Positions 1 through 13,240 of a stretch of DNA of 64,000 nt are shown piece by piece; positions within the stretch are counted from its first letter, which is position 1; every line of letters starts with the position of its first letter. The position numbers were made by a program, and so were the translations under genes. Source of the stretch: Vicugna vicugna (taxonomy: Eukaryota); the NCBI GenBank assembly GCA_013265495.1, contig MU058000.1, forward strand, positions 2,046,001-2,110,000, in the 5' to 3' direction. Under the pieces are notes generated by a model that was not told the origin of the DNA, made no database searches, and saw nothing but the letters and a program-made list of their open reading frames with translations.

Positions 1-185
1 TAATATTATCTAAATATTGATTCACCTGTTGTAATAAATGTTCCACACCAATGCAACATATTAATAATAGGGGAAATTTTGTACATAAGGAGGGGTTTTT
101 GAGAACTGTAATTTCTGTACTACCTGCTCATTTTTTTTCTGTATAATCTAAAACTGTTCTAAAAACAGAGTCTATTCATTTTAAA
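1..185 (+). mobile_element. Old L1M (L1MC/MD-like) 3' UTR terminus, cut by the window edge
   Basis: aataaatgttccacaccaatgcaa..ttaataatagggg..tctaaaactgttctaaaaacagagtctatt resembles the remembered L1MC-type 3' end. Confidence 0.7.
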
Positions 186-1292
186 TGAAAAGTAGCATCT
201 CAAATATAACTGAATTTTGAGTACGTGGCAAACTTTCTCTAAAGAGGGTTTCGGCTACTCATCTTTGGGATTTTTGCCATACAGGAAAATGAGACCAATA
301 TCTCAAGATAGTCTTATTTCTCAGGAAAAGCAAGAAACAATGGATTTCTAAGTACAATATTCTGATTTTGAAAAGTTGGAAATAAATTCAATTAAAAGTT
401 TTAAAAGCATTATTTTGGAGCTAGATTCAGATCCAAACCAAATAACTTCTACCTTTGATTGTAGAAAATTCACTGGTTTGTAAAATGGCAGAAAAATTAA
501 CAAATGACTGTGGCAGATTTCATTTTGTTTGGTGCTTTCTATAAGTGAAAATTCAGTAGTAAAATAAATCAACATATTGTGTGTCAGTGTCTTGTCTTAC
601 ACAAGCCAATTCTCTGTAAAGTGACCACCTTTGAAACAGTGATCCAAGAATGCTGTCTGGGTATTTTTGCGGGGAGAGGCGGGGGGGAAGGATTGTTCAA
701 AAAATCTAATTTAGTGGTAATGAGCCTCTTCCCTGAGTGTAAGAAGTGCCCTTCCTCTCACAAGTGACAGATTATATAATTAAAAAGGATATGTCGTAGC
801 TGTGTTAGCCAAATGATGGGTATAGTACAGACTACGGAGATATTTCCTGAATGTGCTGTGGCATTTAAATCCCTCATTGTGCACCATTGCATGTGTTAAG
901 CAATAGTACTATAGTGTGGCCTTACTCTGCTATTGTATTTTTCTGGCTACAGAACTAATAAAAGAGAAGTCCAGTTTGAATTAATGAAGAATCCAAATTT
1001 CAGACTATTTTCAAGTAAATGAAATTTTACTTCCAAGTACAAAAAGGAATTGCAAGCAGTAAAGCAAAGCAGTGCATAAGTGAGATTCTTAGCCCATTAG
1101 CTGTGGTGGACAGCTGAACATGAATCATAGGAAGCCATGCACTGACATTTGTCAGTTATAATAGATGATTCTTAAATTTTAAAAATATATGGTACTTGTT
1201 TGCACCTTAAATATGTACTTATGTAAATACAAGTAATTCTAAATTAATAAACCCCTTAACAGCAATCTTAAAAATGCTTATAATTTGATATC

Positions 1293-1560
1293 TAAACAAA
1301 TGTTTACTGAACACTTACTGTGAAAAATAATTGGGTGAGATTTTTTGGTAATGTGACATAAGACTTGGTACCTTTTATTAAGGAACTTACATTTTACAAA
1401 AGGAACAGGTATGTGCACAGTTATGTCAGGACAGAAGATGAGGAGGAAACATGCTTCGGGGACCCCAAAGGTGGAGGGACTCGTTCTAAAGGGAGTTGTG
1501 GGAGAAGGCTTTCTCAGGAAGAGTCAACATTTGAGATTCAGTAAAAATGGGTGGGCACCT
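1293..1560 (-). mobile_element. L2 3' fragment
   Basis: aacaaatgtttactgaacacttactgtg..aggaacttacattt..agaaggctttctcaggaag is antisense to the L2 3' region. Confidence 0.6.
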
Positions 1561-2659
1561 GGGAAGTAAACACATGTAACACATGAGACGGGGAGAACAC
1601 AAATAATGATACAGAGTTTGGAAAATACAGACAAAGTCTGTGTCCTAGACAGATAATGTGTCTGGTGAAGGCAAGAAGATGCAATCAGAGAGGACACTGG
1701 AATTTATGTTGTTTCAAGGTAGCCCTCTGTTATAAAATAAAGTCCAATTCTTTAGCATAAAATTATAGTGTCATTCCTGATACCTACCAGATCTTGGGCA
1801 TTTAGTGTAAAAAATATATCTAGGTCTCAGTTTCAGGGATACAAGTGAACTACAGGTTACATGTTCTTATATGACCTTTATATGTCTCATCTTCCCAATT
1901 ACATTATATTTTTCTCTGTCCCTTTATAGCAGTTATCTCAAGCTTTTATTCCTTGCCATTCATTTGATTTTTCATCATGTCTAATTAGTTCTTTGTTTTT
2001 TCCAGTGTATTTAATAGCTTATTGTATGTTCAATGCATTTCTTTAGTCTGCCTTTAAAAAAAAATCTCATTTTTTTATAAATAAATTTTTTGTACACATA
2101 TTTTACTGAATTCAAATTATCACCAAATTCTAATCAAATTCTACTCTCTCAGGGAGCTCTTTTGCAGAATTTGTTTCTCTTCCTTTGGTTATGTCTTGTC
2201 AGACTAGGTTTGAAGAGTTGCCAGCTCATTTATTTTTCCTCTTGTTTTTAATGTGGGCTGCCGAGTTCAGGTTCACTGTACGTTCTGACATAGTTTGGAC
2301 AATGGTTTTTGACTCCTTATCTAGCTAATCGGACTAGAACAATAAGTACATTTCATCTTTTCCAAGTTTGTGAGAAAATGCCACTCTTTTTTTATTAGAT
2401 TGTTGCTGATGCAATTCCATGGTTTTTAAAATATTTTAACTTTTTTTCTCTACTTCATTGTGAATTGAAGAAAGAACTGTCTGTGAGTGAGTCAGCTTTT
2501 TTTTTTTTTTATCTTTCTCCAGAATCTACAAGGCCATAGAATTAAAGGGCAGTTATCAGGATAATATTTTCTAAGACAAGATCTCAAGAGAAGAGAGAAC
2601 AAGCAGATACATCTTATATGTGAAGGTAAGTTAACTAAACTTAAGGGAGAGAAACAAAT

Positions 2660-2711
2660 CCAAGGTCTTTTTAAAGAACTTGTTCTTTAAAGTTCTTTAA
2701 AAAGACCTTGG
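2660..2711. repeat. Perfect inverted repeat, 22-bp arms with 8-nt spacer
   Basis: ccaaggtctttttaaagaactt (2660-2681) is the exact reverse complement of aagttctttaaaaagaccttgg (2690-2711). Confidence 0.95.
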
Positions 2712-3629
2712 TATGGAGAATTTATGCAGTTTATCTGGATGTATTCTGCAGACTTTAAAAAACGATGGTAAATGACCGACTAAGTGGTCACTGTGATGAT
2801 GAATCTTGATGGATTATATTTCTGCCTATGAACTGACAAGCATACATAAATAAGAAAGAAATGTTTGCTTGATAAACTACATGTGGAAAATTCAAACACA
2901 TTTTATGCATGAAAGTGTATATACGCTAATAATACATAATAAACTATATGAGCATTATCTTGAGGATATGGCCTTAATTATTAAAAGAAATGACATTCAT
3001 GAACTATGTAAATTGATATCCAATTAACTTACTGCAGCTATCTTATTAAATGCCAATTAAGTGTATTAACTTTCTTTACAATTTCATGTATTAATACAAA
3101 TTTAACTGTACTTTTATTGCCATTGTAATTTTGAGTTAATTGCATAGCTAGACAATTTGTCTTTTGCATAATTATTAAGCCTCACCCTCTGTTCTTCAAA
3201 AAAAAAAAACTGATGGCTTTATAAACTCCGAAGATAAGTCTTCAAAGTATCACTAATTTCCTGGCATTGTACAAATCTTTGTTTTAAAACAAAATGAAGA
3301 TTTCACATGGTTTATAGCAGCTGGATAGTGATTTGAATTCTTTGTTTGAAATAAAATGTGAAGGGACTACATAATACACCAGAAAGATATTGTTAGGTCT
3401 TTAAAATTCTTTTCTTTTCTATTATGATTTTCGTTAATGTCTGTCTATTTATGGAAAGATTTTCTGACAACGGAGGTTTTTTAATAGAATAAGAAGTAGC
3501 CTAATAGAACACAAATATTTTAGATCCTTTTGGTGAGATATGCTTTATGTTTTCCTTTACTGAGATATGTCTTCCTTTGCTTCAACAGTCCCCTGAATAT
3601 CTAGCATGGTAACAGGCATTTACCAAATT

Positions 3630-3880
3630 TGAAGTAGTTGAAAAGCTCATGTGCTTTGTAGTCAGATGATTTGGAGTTCAGTATCTCTCCTAGTTTCTCT
3701 TTCTTTGGTTATAGAAGTTGATGACATTTATGGCATTTAGCTAATTTGCTCATTAGTAAAATGTGGATAGTAACTACTTCTGCGTACACACGTAGAAACA
3801 CAATAATGTGTACGTACATGGAAACACAATACCATGAGTGATTTGCATGGAAGTCCATACTCAGTAAAAACTAGCTTTTA
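3630..3880 (+). mobile_element. MIR SINE, degraded, containing a diverged 26-bp tandem duplication (3781-3832)
   Basis: gctttgtagtcagat..ggagttca..tttgctcattagtaaaatgtggatagtaac resembles the MIR head and core. Confidence 0.55.
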
Positions 3881-6246
3881 TTCCTTTCGTATCTATATTT
3901 TTTATTTTTGAACCGATTTCATTGATTTGTATATAACCTACTGCCAAATAATTGTATGTATGATTTATGAACAGGATGGATCTCAGGGCTTCTATTAGTT
4001 TTGAAACAGAGAAGTAAAGAATTCATTCATATGAGACAGTTTGGTTATTCAAATCTGGCTCTATACAGGACTATTGCCTTATTCAATTAGCCTTATTAAA
4101 ATAAAATTGTAATGTTTAGTGGTCAACTCTATATTTACACAAAGAGGACTTCGTTCAAGAGTCAATGTGTTGCTGAATCTAAATACGAATTGTTGAGAGC
4201 CGGGATACCAGAAAATCAATCCTGATTCCGTGCTGACGTGACCGTCTTGTGGAGGCATGCAGATAGTTTGGCTGTGGTACCCTTTGCTTTTCTTCTTTAG
4301 TTTCACACAGTTCAGTGTTCTTAGCCGATGTAGCCTGTTCATCACTGCATTGTTGTGTGATATTCAGATGTAAGTTTCAAGTGGAAAGGAATAACTTTTT
4401 CTGTGGACTTTCCCATGAACTCTGCCCAGCGCCCATTCCCTCATCTTGACCCTCACATTTCCTGCATGTGGAAAGGCTGATAAGTGGAAGCCTCGCTCCC
4501 TCCGTTTCTTCTTCTTTTCTTGCCTAAACAGTGATCACATCCCTGCTTAGAATTGCCACTTGTTTCTTTGTTCATCTGTGCCTGTTTAAGTCTTCTATAA
4601 AAGCTCCAGTAAAATCACCTATAAAGCCATCAGGTGTCAGGTACAATAATAAATGTCTGTGGAAACAAAATCACCCTAATGAAATGGAAGGAAATCTAAA
4701 ATCGTTGTCCATGTGCTTCCAATTAAAAGTGTTTCCCCTAGCTTGCCATTATTTATAGCACTGTTAATGATGGAGTGCACACTGAAATAAATGTCTTTCT
4801 TGTTGGTGATTATTCATGAGGCCCATGTGCATATGAGTACCTCAAACAGAACATTCTATATGGTGCTTTGAGGCTGAAGGTCACTGGGAACTGATGTACA
4901 GGGCTGAGAAACGATTTCTCCTGTAGCTTCGCAACAGTTCAGTTGAGCTCTCGGTCTGATAAGGATGAACAGTTGTGACCACCAGAGGGAAGTTATGGAA
5001 GTCAGTTGAACCATTCGGGTGTGGCTCTGGAATATCAAAATTGCAGTTTCTACATATGGTGACCCTTTCGTCAACTAAGCAATGAAAATAAAGCTGCTGC
5101 CACTTGTCGGAAAACCGGTATTTGAGTGAAAAGTTCCCTTAGCAGCCTTAGCCCACACGGCAGGCACAAGCTTGAGCAGAAAGCGGCTCTGTTTTCTTCT
5201 CTTGGATTTGCTAGCCTACTGTCATTGTTTTATTTCTCCCCAGAGTTCTTCATTTGGACAGGAATCTTAAGGCCTTATCTCTCCCTTTTTCGTAACTGCA
5301 AAAGACACCCGTGAAAGGAGAAGGATATGATTCGTCCCGATGGTAGCTTTCATCCATTGACCCCCTTCAGGCATTTTACATATTCATAGTTCACAAAACA
5401 GCACTGCACTGGAGGCATTTTTTACAGTGATTTTATATGTGAGCAAACTATACCTGAGAGACTAATCACTGAGTAAGCTATTATCCAAACAGACCCATTT
5501 ATCCCTTGAGCTCATATTCCTTGAGCTACAGCATTCTGCTCATGAGTTGATAACCTATGAGTTCATCTTTCCACATCATCACAGATCTCATTCCTACTAA
5601 CGTATATCCCAAATCCCCACAATTTTCTTACATAATTACTTTAATACCTTCTCCTGGAAGAGTCTGTAGAAGTTTAGTCACTCAAAAGCATCTCCTCCTG
5701 TGTTGTCAGGAGTATTTTGTTGTTGTTTTTACAATCTGTGTGTCCTCTAATTATCTGGTTTTGAAGGATTCTGCCTGGTAACTTAATTCTACTAGATTTG
5801 ATGTGGAATGCTGTGGTGATTTAACCTAATCCTCTCTGACAGTGTGTGCAGGATATGGAGTGATGAGGTAAACAGCCACTCTCTCAAGTGCTTTGTTCTT
5901 CTGTTCCTGTATTTAAAAATGTTTCTTGAGCTGAAACTTCCATGCATTCTGCACACGTTTTTTACACATTTTCTTTTGCATTTTCCCCCATGGAGAGCAC
6001 AGACGTATGTGAATAACCAGCCTTCTAAACTCTTGATATATTGAGAAACAATTATAATAATGGTGATTGTACCAGCAAGAAGTTTTAATTTAGGTAACTA
6101 TTCTATTAAGTCAGTCTCTTTTATTTCGTTCAAACATCCCTGAAAACACTGTTTAAGTATCTCTCTTTTTTAAAATCAATGCTGTTCCCTTGTGGTTTCT
6201 AAAACTTGCTCAATTTATGCTTCAGGATCTATTCAAATTTTCAACA

Positions 6247-6305
6247 TTGCCGCTCTCTCTTTTTTTTTTTTTAGAGCTCTAAAATATTTTTTTTGCCGCT
6301 CTCTC
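6247..6305 (-). mobile_element. Micro-insertion with poly(A) tail flanked by a 13-bp direct repeat
   Basis: ttgccgctctctc at 6247-6259 and 6293-6305 flanks T13-agagctctaaaata-T6. Confidence 0.6.
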
Positions 6306-6969
6306 ATTTCTTATTATTTTTGAAATTTTATATAGTATTTCAAGTTGTAAAGTCCTTGAATATTTTTTGAAATTTTATTAAATAGTATTTAGTGGCATGT
6401 TTCAAATTTCCCAATAATTCTAAGTGTATCTATACTAATAAGAGGCCAGTATCTAGGGTTTCTTACACTGCAGGAACCACATAAAAGTTCCTGAGTACCT
6501 TGCCACATCAGTAACAAATTCTTTACTTTTCTTCTATCAAAACTGTTATCTACTGCAAGAAACACTGCCCATCTTATGGGGTGGCTTAAAGGAATTTGCT
6601 TTGTTTAGTATAAGGCCACCTCTTCTCTTTTCTAAAAGTTGTTTCCTGGCCCCATGGAAGGATCCAATCATATCTGTCCTTTGTTTGCTATTATGGTGCC
6701 TTCCTGGATTCCAGTATTCCCACCTTTATAGACGTACAATACAGAGACAGGAAACTAAGTCCAGGAGACAAGTTTGTCAACAGAGTGAAGATGACTGGTA
6801 AAATCTCACCCACGTTTCCTGTAGACTAGGGAGACATTTTGTAGTTTTAATCAGAGTCTTAAGGGGGGTTGTGAACTAAAATAGGCCAAAATGATCTCTT
6901 ATGCAGATATTTAGGTATGTTATGGATAGTCGCTTAATATTTAAAAGTGGAAATAATTAATTTCTCAGA

Positions 6970-8120
6970 AGAGAGTGTTAGAGAATATTGTCATGATTTG
7001 GCATGGTCAGGTATTTCTTAAATTTCTTAAAGAGAACTATTCAAAAAAATTAAATGTTTCCTAAATTTGATGTCATTAGAATTCAGAACTCGATTTCATC
7101 AAAAGATACCATAAAGAGAAAGAAAATGAAAAGTAGGATGGTTGCAATACATACATCAGACAAAGGACTTGTATTTAAAATAAATAAAAAATCCTAGCAA
7201 AGCAAGAAGAAAAGGACAAATACTAAATACTTTAGAGAAAAAAAATAACAAAAAAGTTCAGCTCACAAAATAATTTGTTCAAATGATCAATAAATATACT
7301 TAAAATCTGATAAAATCATTCTTTATTAGGGAAGCACAAATTAAAATCTTAATGAGATCAATGATACATCACTTAGGCTCATCATAATAGCTGAAATAAA
7401 AAATTAAATATCTGACAATGCCAAGTGCTAACTAGTATGTTGAACAAATGCAAATTTAATTACTAATGGTAATATTAATTGTTAAAAACAGCTCACAAAG
7501 TTTGTTTGCTGTACCTATTACAATAACACATGTATAGTAATATTCTATACCCACACACACACACACACAGATGCTGGATTATAGTGTTTGTGTATGTGCA
7601 TGTGTGAATGAAAAGACATGTCCATGTTTGTGCATCAAAGGAAATGAACAAGAGCGTGTCTAGTAGCATTGTTCCCAGCAGTTTTTAAACTGAGTTAGAA
7701 GCTTCCAATGTTTATCACCAATAGATTGGATAAACTATAGTCATACAATAGATACTGTACATTAATGAAAACAACAAAGTGCTATTACTTGCAGACAGAG
7801 ATGCATCACACAAACATGATTATTAAAGAAGCTACTTACAAAAGGGTACATGCTGATGATATCGATATATATTGTCATAAAACAAAAAAATTAATATGCA
7901 GTGGTGAAAGTCCCGGTAGTGGTTACATTCCTGCAGATGGGTAATGACCATGAGAAGGAACGAGGTGGTCTGCTGGGCTGTCGGTAATGTTCTACCTCTT
8001 AATCTGGGTGAAAGTTACCTGAGTTCATCTGTATGTGTACATTTTGTGAAAATTAATCAAGCTGTACAAGAGATATTTGTGTACTTTATGTGTTAAACTT
8101 TCATAAAGTGAATACCAAAA
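6970..8120 (+). mobile_element. Old L1ME-like element, ORF2 3' end plus 3' UTR
   Basis: tcatcaaaagataccataaagaga, acatcagacaaaggacttgtat, attagggaagcacaaattaaaa, tctgacaatgccaagtgct, ttttgtgaaaattaatcaagctgtaca. Confidence 0.8.
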
Positions 8121-8299
8121 ACTGGACACATAAAGACCTTATACCTAACAAGGAGGATAGGAAATTACCCAAGGAAATACTTTTTTTTTAGTTTTATAAT
8201 TGCTTTCTAGACATAGCCAGATAAATAAGACCAAAGAAAGGCTTCTATTTACAACTTGTAAATCTCATTTTAAGAAAAACAAACATATTCAAGTGGCTT

Positions 8300-8460
8300 A
8301 TTTTGCTATGTACTTACTTACTGATTAGTGTTAAGTTTCCTTATCAGTAAATTTGTCTAATATCTTGTATAGAATTATTTAGGAGATTTAATAGAATAAT
8401 ACAATAAAAGTTCCTGTCACAGTGTGTGGTACATAACACTTGCATATGATAGATATTCTT
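8300..8460 (+). mobile_element. MIR fragment
   Basis: agtttccttatcagtaaa..aggagatttaatagaataatac..cacagtgtgtggtacata. Confidence 0.55.
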
Positions 8461-9039
8461 GTTATAGGCACTCAGTTGATTTTGCCCAATATAAGTTTTA
8501 AAGTTATATTTTTAAATTTAAAAAAATTATATAATTTTCTTGACCTTTCCCATATTTATTACAAATTTCCATTTAAATATATGAGGAGAAATCATTAGAA
8601 AATTATGTTTTGTTCTGTAAAGCATAATTAAAATTAATTAAAATATCATAACTTCTTTTTGTAAAACACACACATACTTCTTATCAGCAAAACAGCTATA
8701 TTTTAAAATTAGTTCCTCTAAAAATGCAAACATCCTTGAATCAACCAACTGCTTAGAATAACCCAGCAATTACAGTACTGTTACCTATTTGGAACATTTT
8801 TTCTTAATGTCATGAAAACCATTTATACTCTGTGAGCCTATTTTGTTTATATTAGTGCCCACATTTAAGAGAAAACTGAAACAATGATTCTCCTGTAGTA
8901 ATATAATTCATCTGTAGTGCCTGGATGTTTTGAGAATCATTTGTGTTTTGTCAAATGGTATGGTCTTTGGACTTCAAATTTGTACCCTTTCTTAGAAGGT
9001 GGATTTTTAGGATTGCAATAACAGTAAAGATTATAATAT

Positions 9040-9170
9040 AATGGTTATTCCTCATGTCACAGAGGAAAAACTTGAGGTCCAGAGATGCTAAGAGCTTGCT
9101 TTGGGTCACTCACTGTGGGACAGAGACAACTAGAACCTAGGTGTCCTGACTTTTGGTTCCTTTCGTTACT
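9040..9170 (-). mobile_element. MIR fragment
   Basis: cacagaggaaaaacttgaggtccagaga..ctagaacctaggtgtcctgact. Confidence 0.65.
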
Positions 9171-9365
9171 TTGTGCTGTCGTGTAACCACCCTGAGATTG
9201 CAATAACAAGACAAAGAATTCAAACAGTAAAATGGAAGGGATCTCTCAATAGGCTGCCTGCTTTGAAACAAACTATCAACTCACAGAGTTCCGTTCTTAG
9301 CAAGCTGTGGTCACAACGCACATTTGCAGGCTGAAATTATTATATTCCTTCCACTCTTGCTTTAG

Positions 9366-9451
9366 ATCGTGAATTAGCCTACGGCAATGTAAATATTAGT
9401 TTTGTTAACCACGGACGTAGCCCCATCACCTCCTCTTACGAGGGCCTCTGA
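9366..9451 (+). other. Candidate terminal exon coding portion
   Basis: ttccttccactcttgctttag| acceptor, then an open frame RELAYGNVNISFVNHGRSPITSSYEGL*; 5 CpGs in 86 nt; AATAAA at 9600. Confidence 0.25.
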
Positions 9452-11369
9452 TTGTCACAAGGTTTTGCTGGTGACAATTAGGATGATGACTTTCTTTCTG
9501 GGTGAAACTCAAAGGCACTGAAAGAGACCGTTTCATATGATTTCCCGAGCTTTGTGTTTGTGTTATTTCTCTGCTAGAGGAGACAGAATGAATCTTCAAA
9601 ATAAATACATTATGCAGTGGGCAATGAAGGGGTAAAGCCACTTTCTTCTGTAATCACAGTTCTTTCTAAAGTCATATAGTCCCTACAAATGAGATAATAA
9701 AGTAACTCCACATTGGTTCCTTCAGTTCCCTGGAGTTTAAAGTGTATTAATGGCTATTGGATTCAGAATAAATAAACTGGATGGAAAAATCATTATGCGA
9801 GTTCTATTTTCCAAATATCAATTTGGTTTCTAAGCACTCCAATAACTTACCCTTAATTTTCAGCTTGAAGCTTCTCAGAAAAAAAAAACAGTTGAAATTT
9901 GGGGCATCATTTATTTTCCCCTTCTTACAATAATGGGATGTGAATTCAGTGGCTGAGTTTATTGAATTTGGCATTAGAAGTTGATTCATCTTTTAAAAAA
10001 AACACATATTTTACACATCGAATTTCATCCTTTGGGGAATAGCAAACAATAAAAAATGCATTGGAAAAATTAGTTAGAATAACTGGATGAATAGACCCTT
10101 TCTTTCTTCTCTTAATTGAATTTAGTAGTATCGTGTAGACCCCAGTTCTCTCTACTAGGATTTAACATTGAGAATTACTGAGCAGAGCTGTTAAAAAAAA
10201 TTACATCTTTTCTGGGATAAATATTTAAATGTCCTTGTTTGCGGTTTGCATACCCTGGGACCTTTATATTTCGCAATGACAGAAATCGGAAAGGTCAGAA
10301 ATGTCAGGTCACAATAACAGGATACCTAGTGCATTGTTTGTGATCTGCATGCATGCAAGTGTGTGGGTCTTTGGTGTGATCTGCTGACCAAAATTCATTT
10401 TTATCACTAAGTCTCCTTTCCATAGAAATGGAAGCAATTAATTGGCAATAATGACAGAAATATAAACTGCAGCACACAACCATAACAGACCAATAATTCA
10501 TACTCACAGTGCAGGGTCTTGTGAAGTGGTCAAAACAGTCATGGAAGTGTAAGTTTCTAAATCCAACAAGCAGTCATTGGACTCCTACTGTACTCCTACC
10601 ACTGGTGCAGCTTTCTCTTGTAGTTTATTTTCTTCCCCCAAATCTCTTCTTTTTCCACTTGGCAAATCATGAAAAATTTACTCTTTTGACTGTCTTCTGC
10701 TTTTTTTCTTTAAACTTCAGTTTATTTCAATGGAAAAAAAATTCTGGAAGAGAAGCTGCAGAATATATATACACTTAAAGCATTTTTACTTTCTAATTGA
10801 CAAACGTGGTGACTGTTTCCTTCCCTCCTTCGTCTCCACCTCTCTGCCTGCCTTCCTCCCCTTTCCTCCCTTCCCTTCCTTCTCTGAATTTTGTAATTGC
10901 CTAACTGTTGAAAAGCTAGAACTACTGAGTACCCATAACCTCCTGAAGGCAATAACATATAATATTTTGATATAGTTACTTCCCCAATTTTCTGTATATT
11001 TTGAAATGCTTGTTGAGTCTAGAAATATAAAGGTACGTAATAGTTAAGATCATAACTTATATAAATTCAGTGACATTTTCTTTTAGTAAATGTGGTTTTA
11101 GATTATATATAAATGATTTCTAGAAGCTGAATTATTTTGTCAATTCCAAAAAATGGGAATATGGATTTACTGATGTTCCAAGTGACTCCTCAGGTATTTT
11201 CCCTCGTTTTGAATCTAAGATGAGATTTATAAACCCATGTTAGTTACACAAATACATACATTAACCACTGCATATTGTTCCATAAATGTTGATTTGACTC
11301 ACTTGATAATCTTGAGCTGCTAACTAAATTAAAAATGGATTTTACAGTAATTCAGGTGGAGTATCTATT

Positions 11370-12050
11370 TCTCCTACTGCTACCATATCTTTTGAGGCCA
11401 GTTTCTAAGTGGTTTCTCGCTCCATCTTCTATACAAGTCCCAGCTCTGTTTTCTGAAACACAGATCTGACATAAGCCTTCCATAGATGCCTCAAGTTCTT
11501 TTCAAATTGGAGCATACAAACATTGTGTTGTTTGTTTTCACAGTTTTAAGTTTTCTCTGGCGGCTGTTTCTTGCCGTTTGGATACTTCTTAAAGAAAAAG
11601 GAAAATTACCTTTAACTTCCAGTCACATAAGGCTACTCAAGATTTCCTAACCTTGCCAGGTATTTTCACATCACCATATTTTTCTTGATTTCAGACTGAT
11701 AACAACAAGAACAAAAACCTGTGCTCTCCTCTAACTTTCTGTTCCGTACTCACATACAAGTACACACTGACATACAAACTTATTTTCCTATTTCCTATGG
11801 AATGTACTCAGCCGTTCGTCAGAGCCCAGACTCTGTATGACTTCATCAGAGATGGCTGTCTTGCCCAAATGCCCAGACAGTAGGAGTAGCTCTCATCTTT
11901 GGGCATATGATATTATCTGACATTCATCACTACAGGTTTTGTGACCACCTAATTTATATGCTTTGGGAGGGCAAGAACTGTGCCTTACTTATTATTATGT
12001 ATCAGGCATTTCAATAGGACTTAGAGCTTTTATTAAATGAGTGAGTAAAT
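11370..12050 (+). mobile_element. L2 3' fragments, very degraded
   Basis: tttctgaaacacagatctgac and gggagggcaagaactgtgccttact..aaatgagtgagtaaat (L2 tail). Confidence 0.45.
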
Positions 12051-13129
12051 TATTGTGATCAATGTTCATATTTAAGACACAGAACAAAAGCCTTTTACCT
12101 CTATATGAGGCAAGAGAATTGCTCTAGATGGACAAAATAATGAAAAACATCAAACTAGACTAAGCTGAAAGAAAATAAAGGACAATTATTTGATTAATTT
12201 GGAAACAATTTAGTTTACTCATTGAAATCTGTAAGTGAGCAATAAACAGTGACTTTCTTGTATAAGGGGAAGGATCAGGGAAGTGGCGAATGTGCTGGTT
12301 ACTATGAGGTTAATGAAAAATCATGACTTACAGTTAAGGGGCCATAATCCAGCTCATGTCAGAATGTATCTAAACACCCCAAATTCTGCAGGCTTTACTA
12401 CTCATTCTTTTAGCAAATTACATTTTATCAACAGGCAGCATTCATTAGAGCCCAGAGACTTAATGGTGATACTAGGTATTTTTAAAAATAAATACTCACT
12501 TTAAAAAGTAAGACATTGAATTAGAATATTTGTCTCCCTAGAACTGGTACTTTTTTAGTTTTCAAAATGTTTGTGATCACTTTCTTAGAAAAAAAAAAAA
12601 AGGTACATTTAAGCAGAAATGAATAAAACTGAACAGAAGAAAAATAGCCACAAGGTTAAAAAGTTAGGAAAAAGCTGAAGGGAAACCAACACAGCTGCCC
12701 AGAACCATGGAAAAAAAGCCTTTTGGGGATCCATAATAAATGAACACAGGTGATTAAATTTAATTCAGTAGTTGATGGTTCCCAGGGGCCAAGCCTGCCT
12801 CTCAGTATATAAAATATATAACTCTATATTGGCTTAAACCTCCGCTGCCAGGCTATGGGAAACACACTTAATTCTGCCTCTAACCATCTTTCACTTGAGA
12901 GGTAATTTATTAAAGATCTTGCCCTTCCCTTTGGGGTCCAGTTCAGATTATCTGTTTCTTTTCTATCATCATTGTATTATTTCCCCCGGAAATGGTGGTT
13001 TTTGTCAGGGTAATTTCCACGGGCAGGGGAGGAGGCAGCTTGCTTCATCATCCTTTCATTATTGTGGCCTCCTAGTAGACTAAGAAAGGCCTTTTGCATA
13101 TAAGTTAAAATTACATAAAAATAAGAAAT

Positions 13130-13240
13130 GCCATTCTTTCTTTCAACCAACATGTTTGGAGCTCCTGTTATGTGCTAGGCCATAGGTCAGAGGGCTGAAT
13201 AAGATAGCAGCTGTACTTTAGGCAAGCTGACATTCCAAAG
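13130..13240 (-). mobile_element. L2 3' end
   Basis: cattctttctttcaaccaacatgtttggagctcctgttatgtgctaggc. Confidence 0.6.

Noticed and set aside
10510..10558. Minus-strand NLHFHDCFDH, resembling a plant peroxidase motif
   Set aside because: Only a few residues match, the acceptor is weak and there is no flanking homology, so it is coincidental
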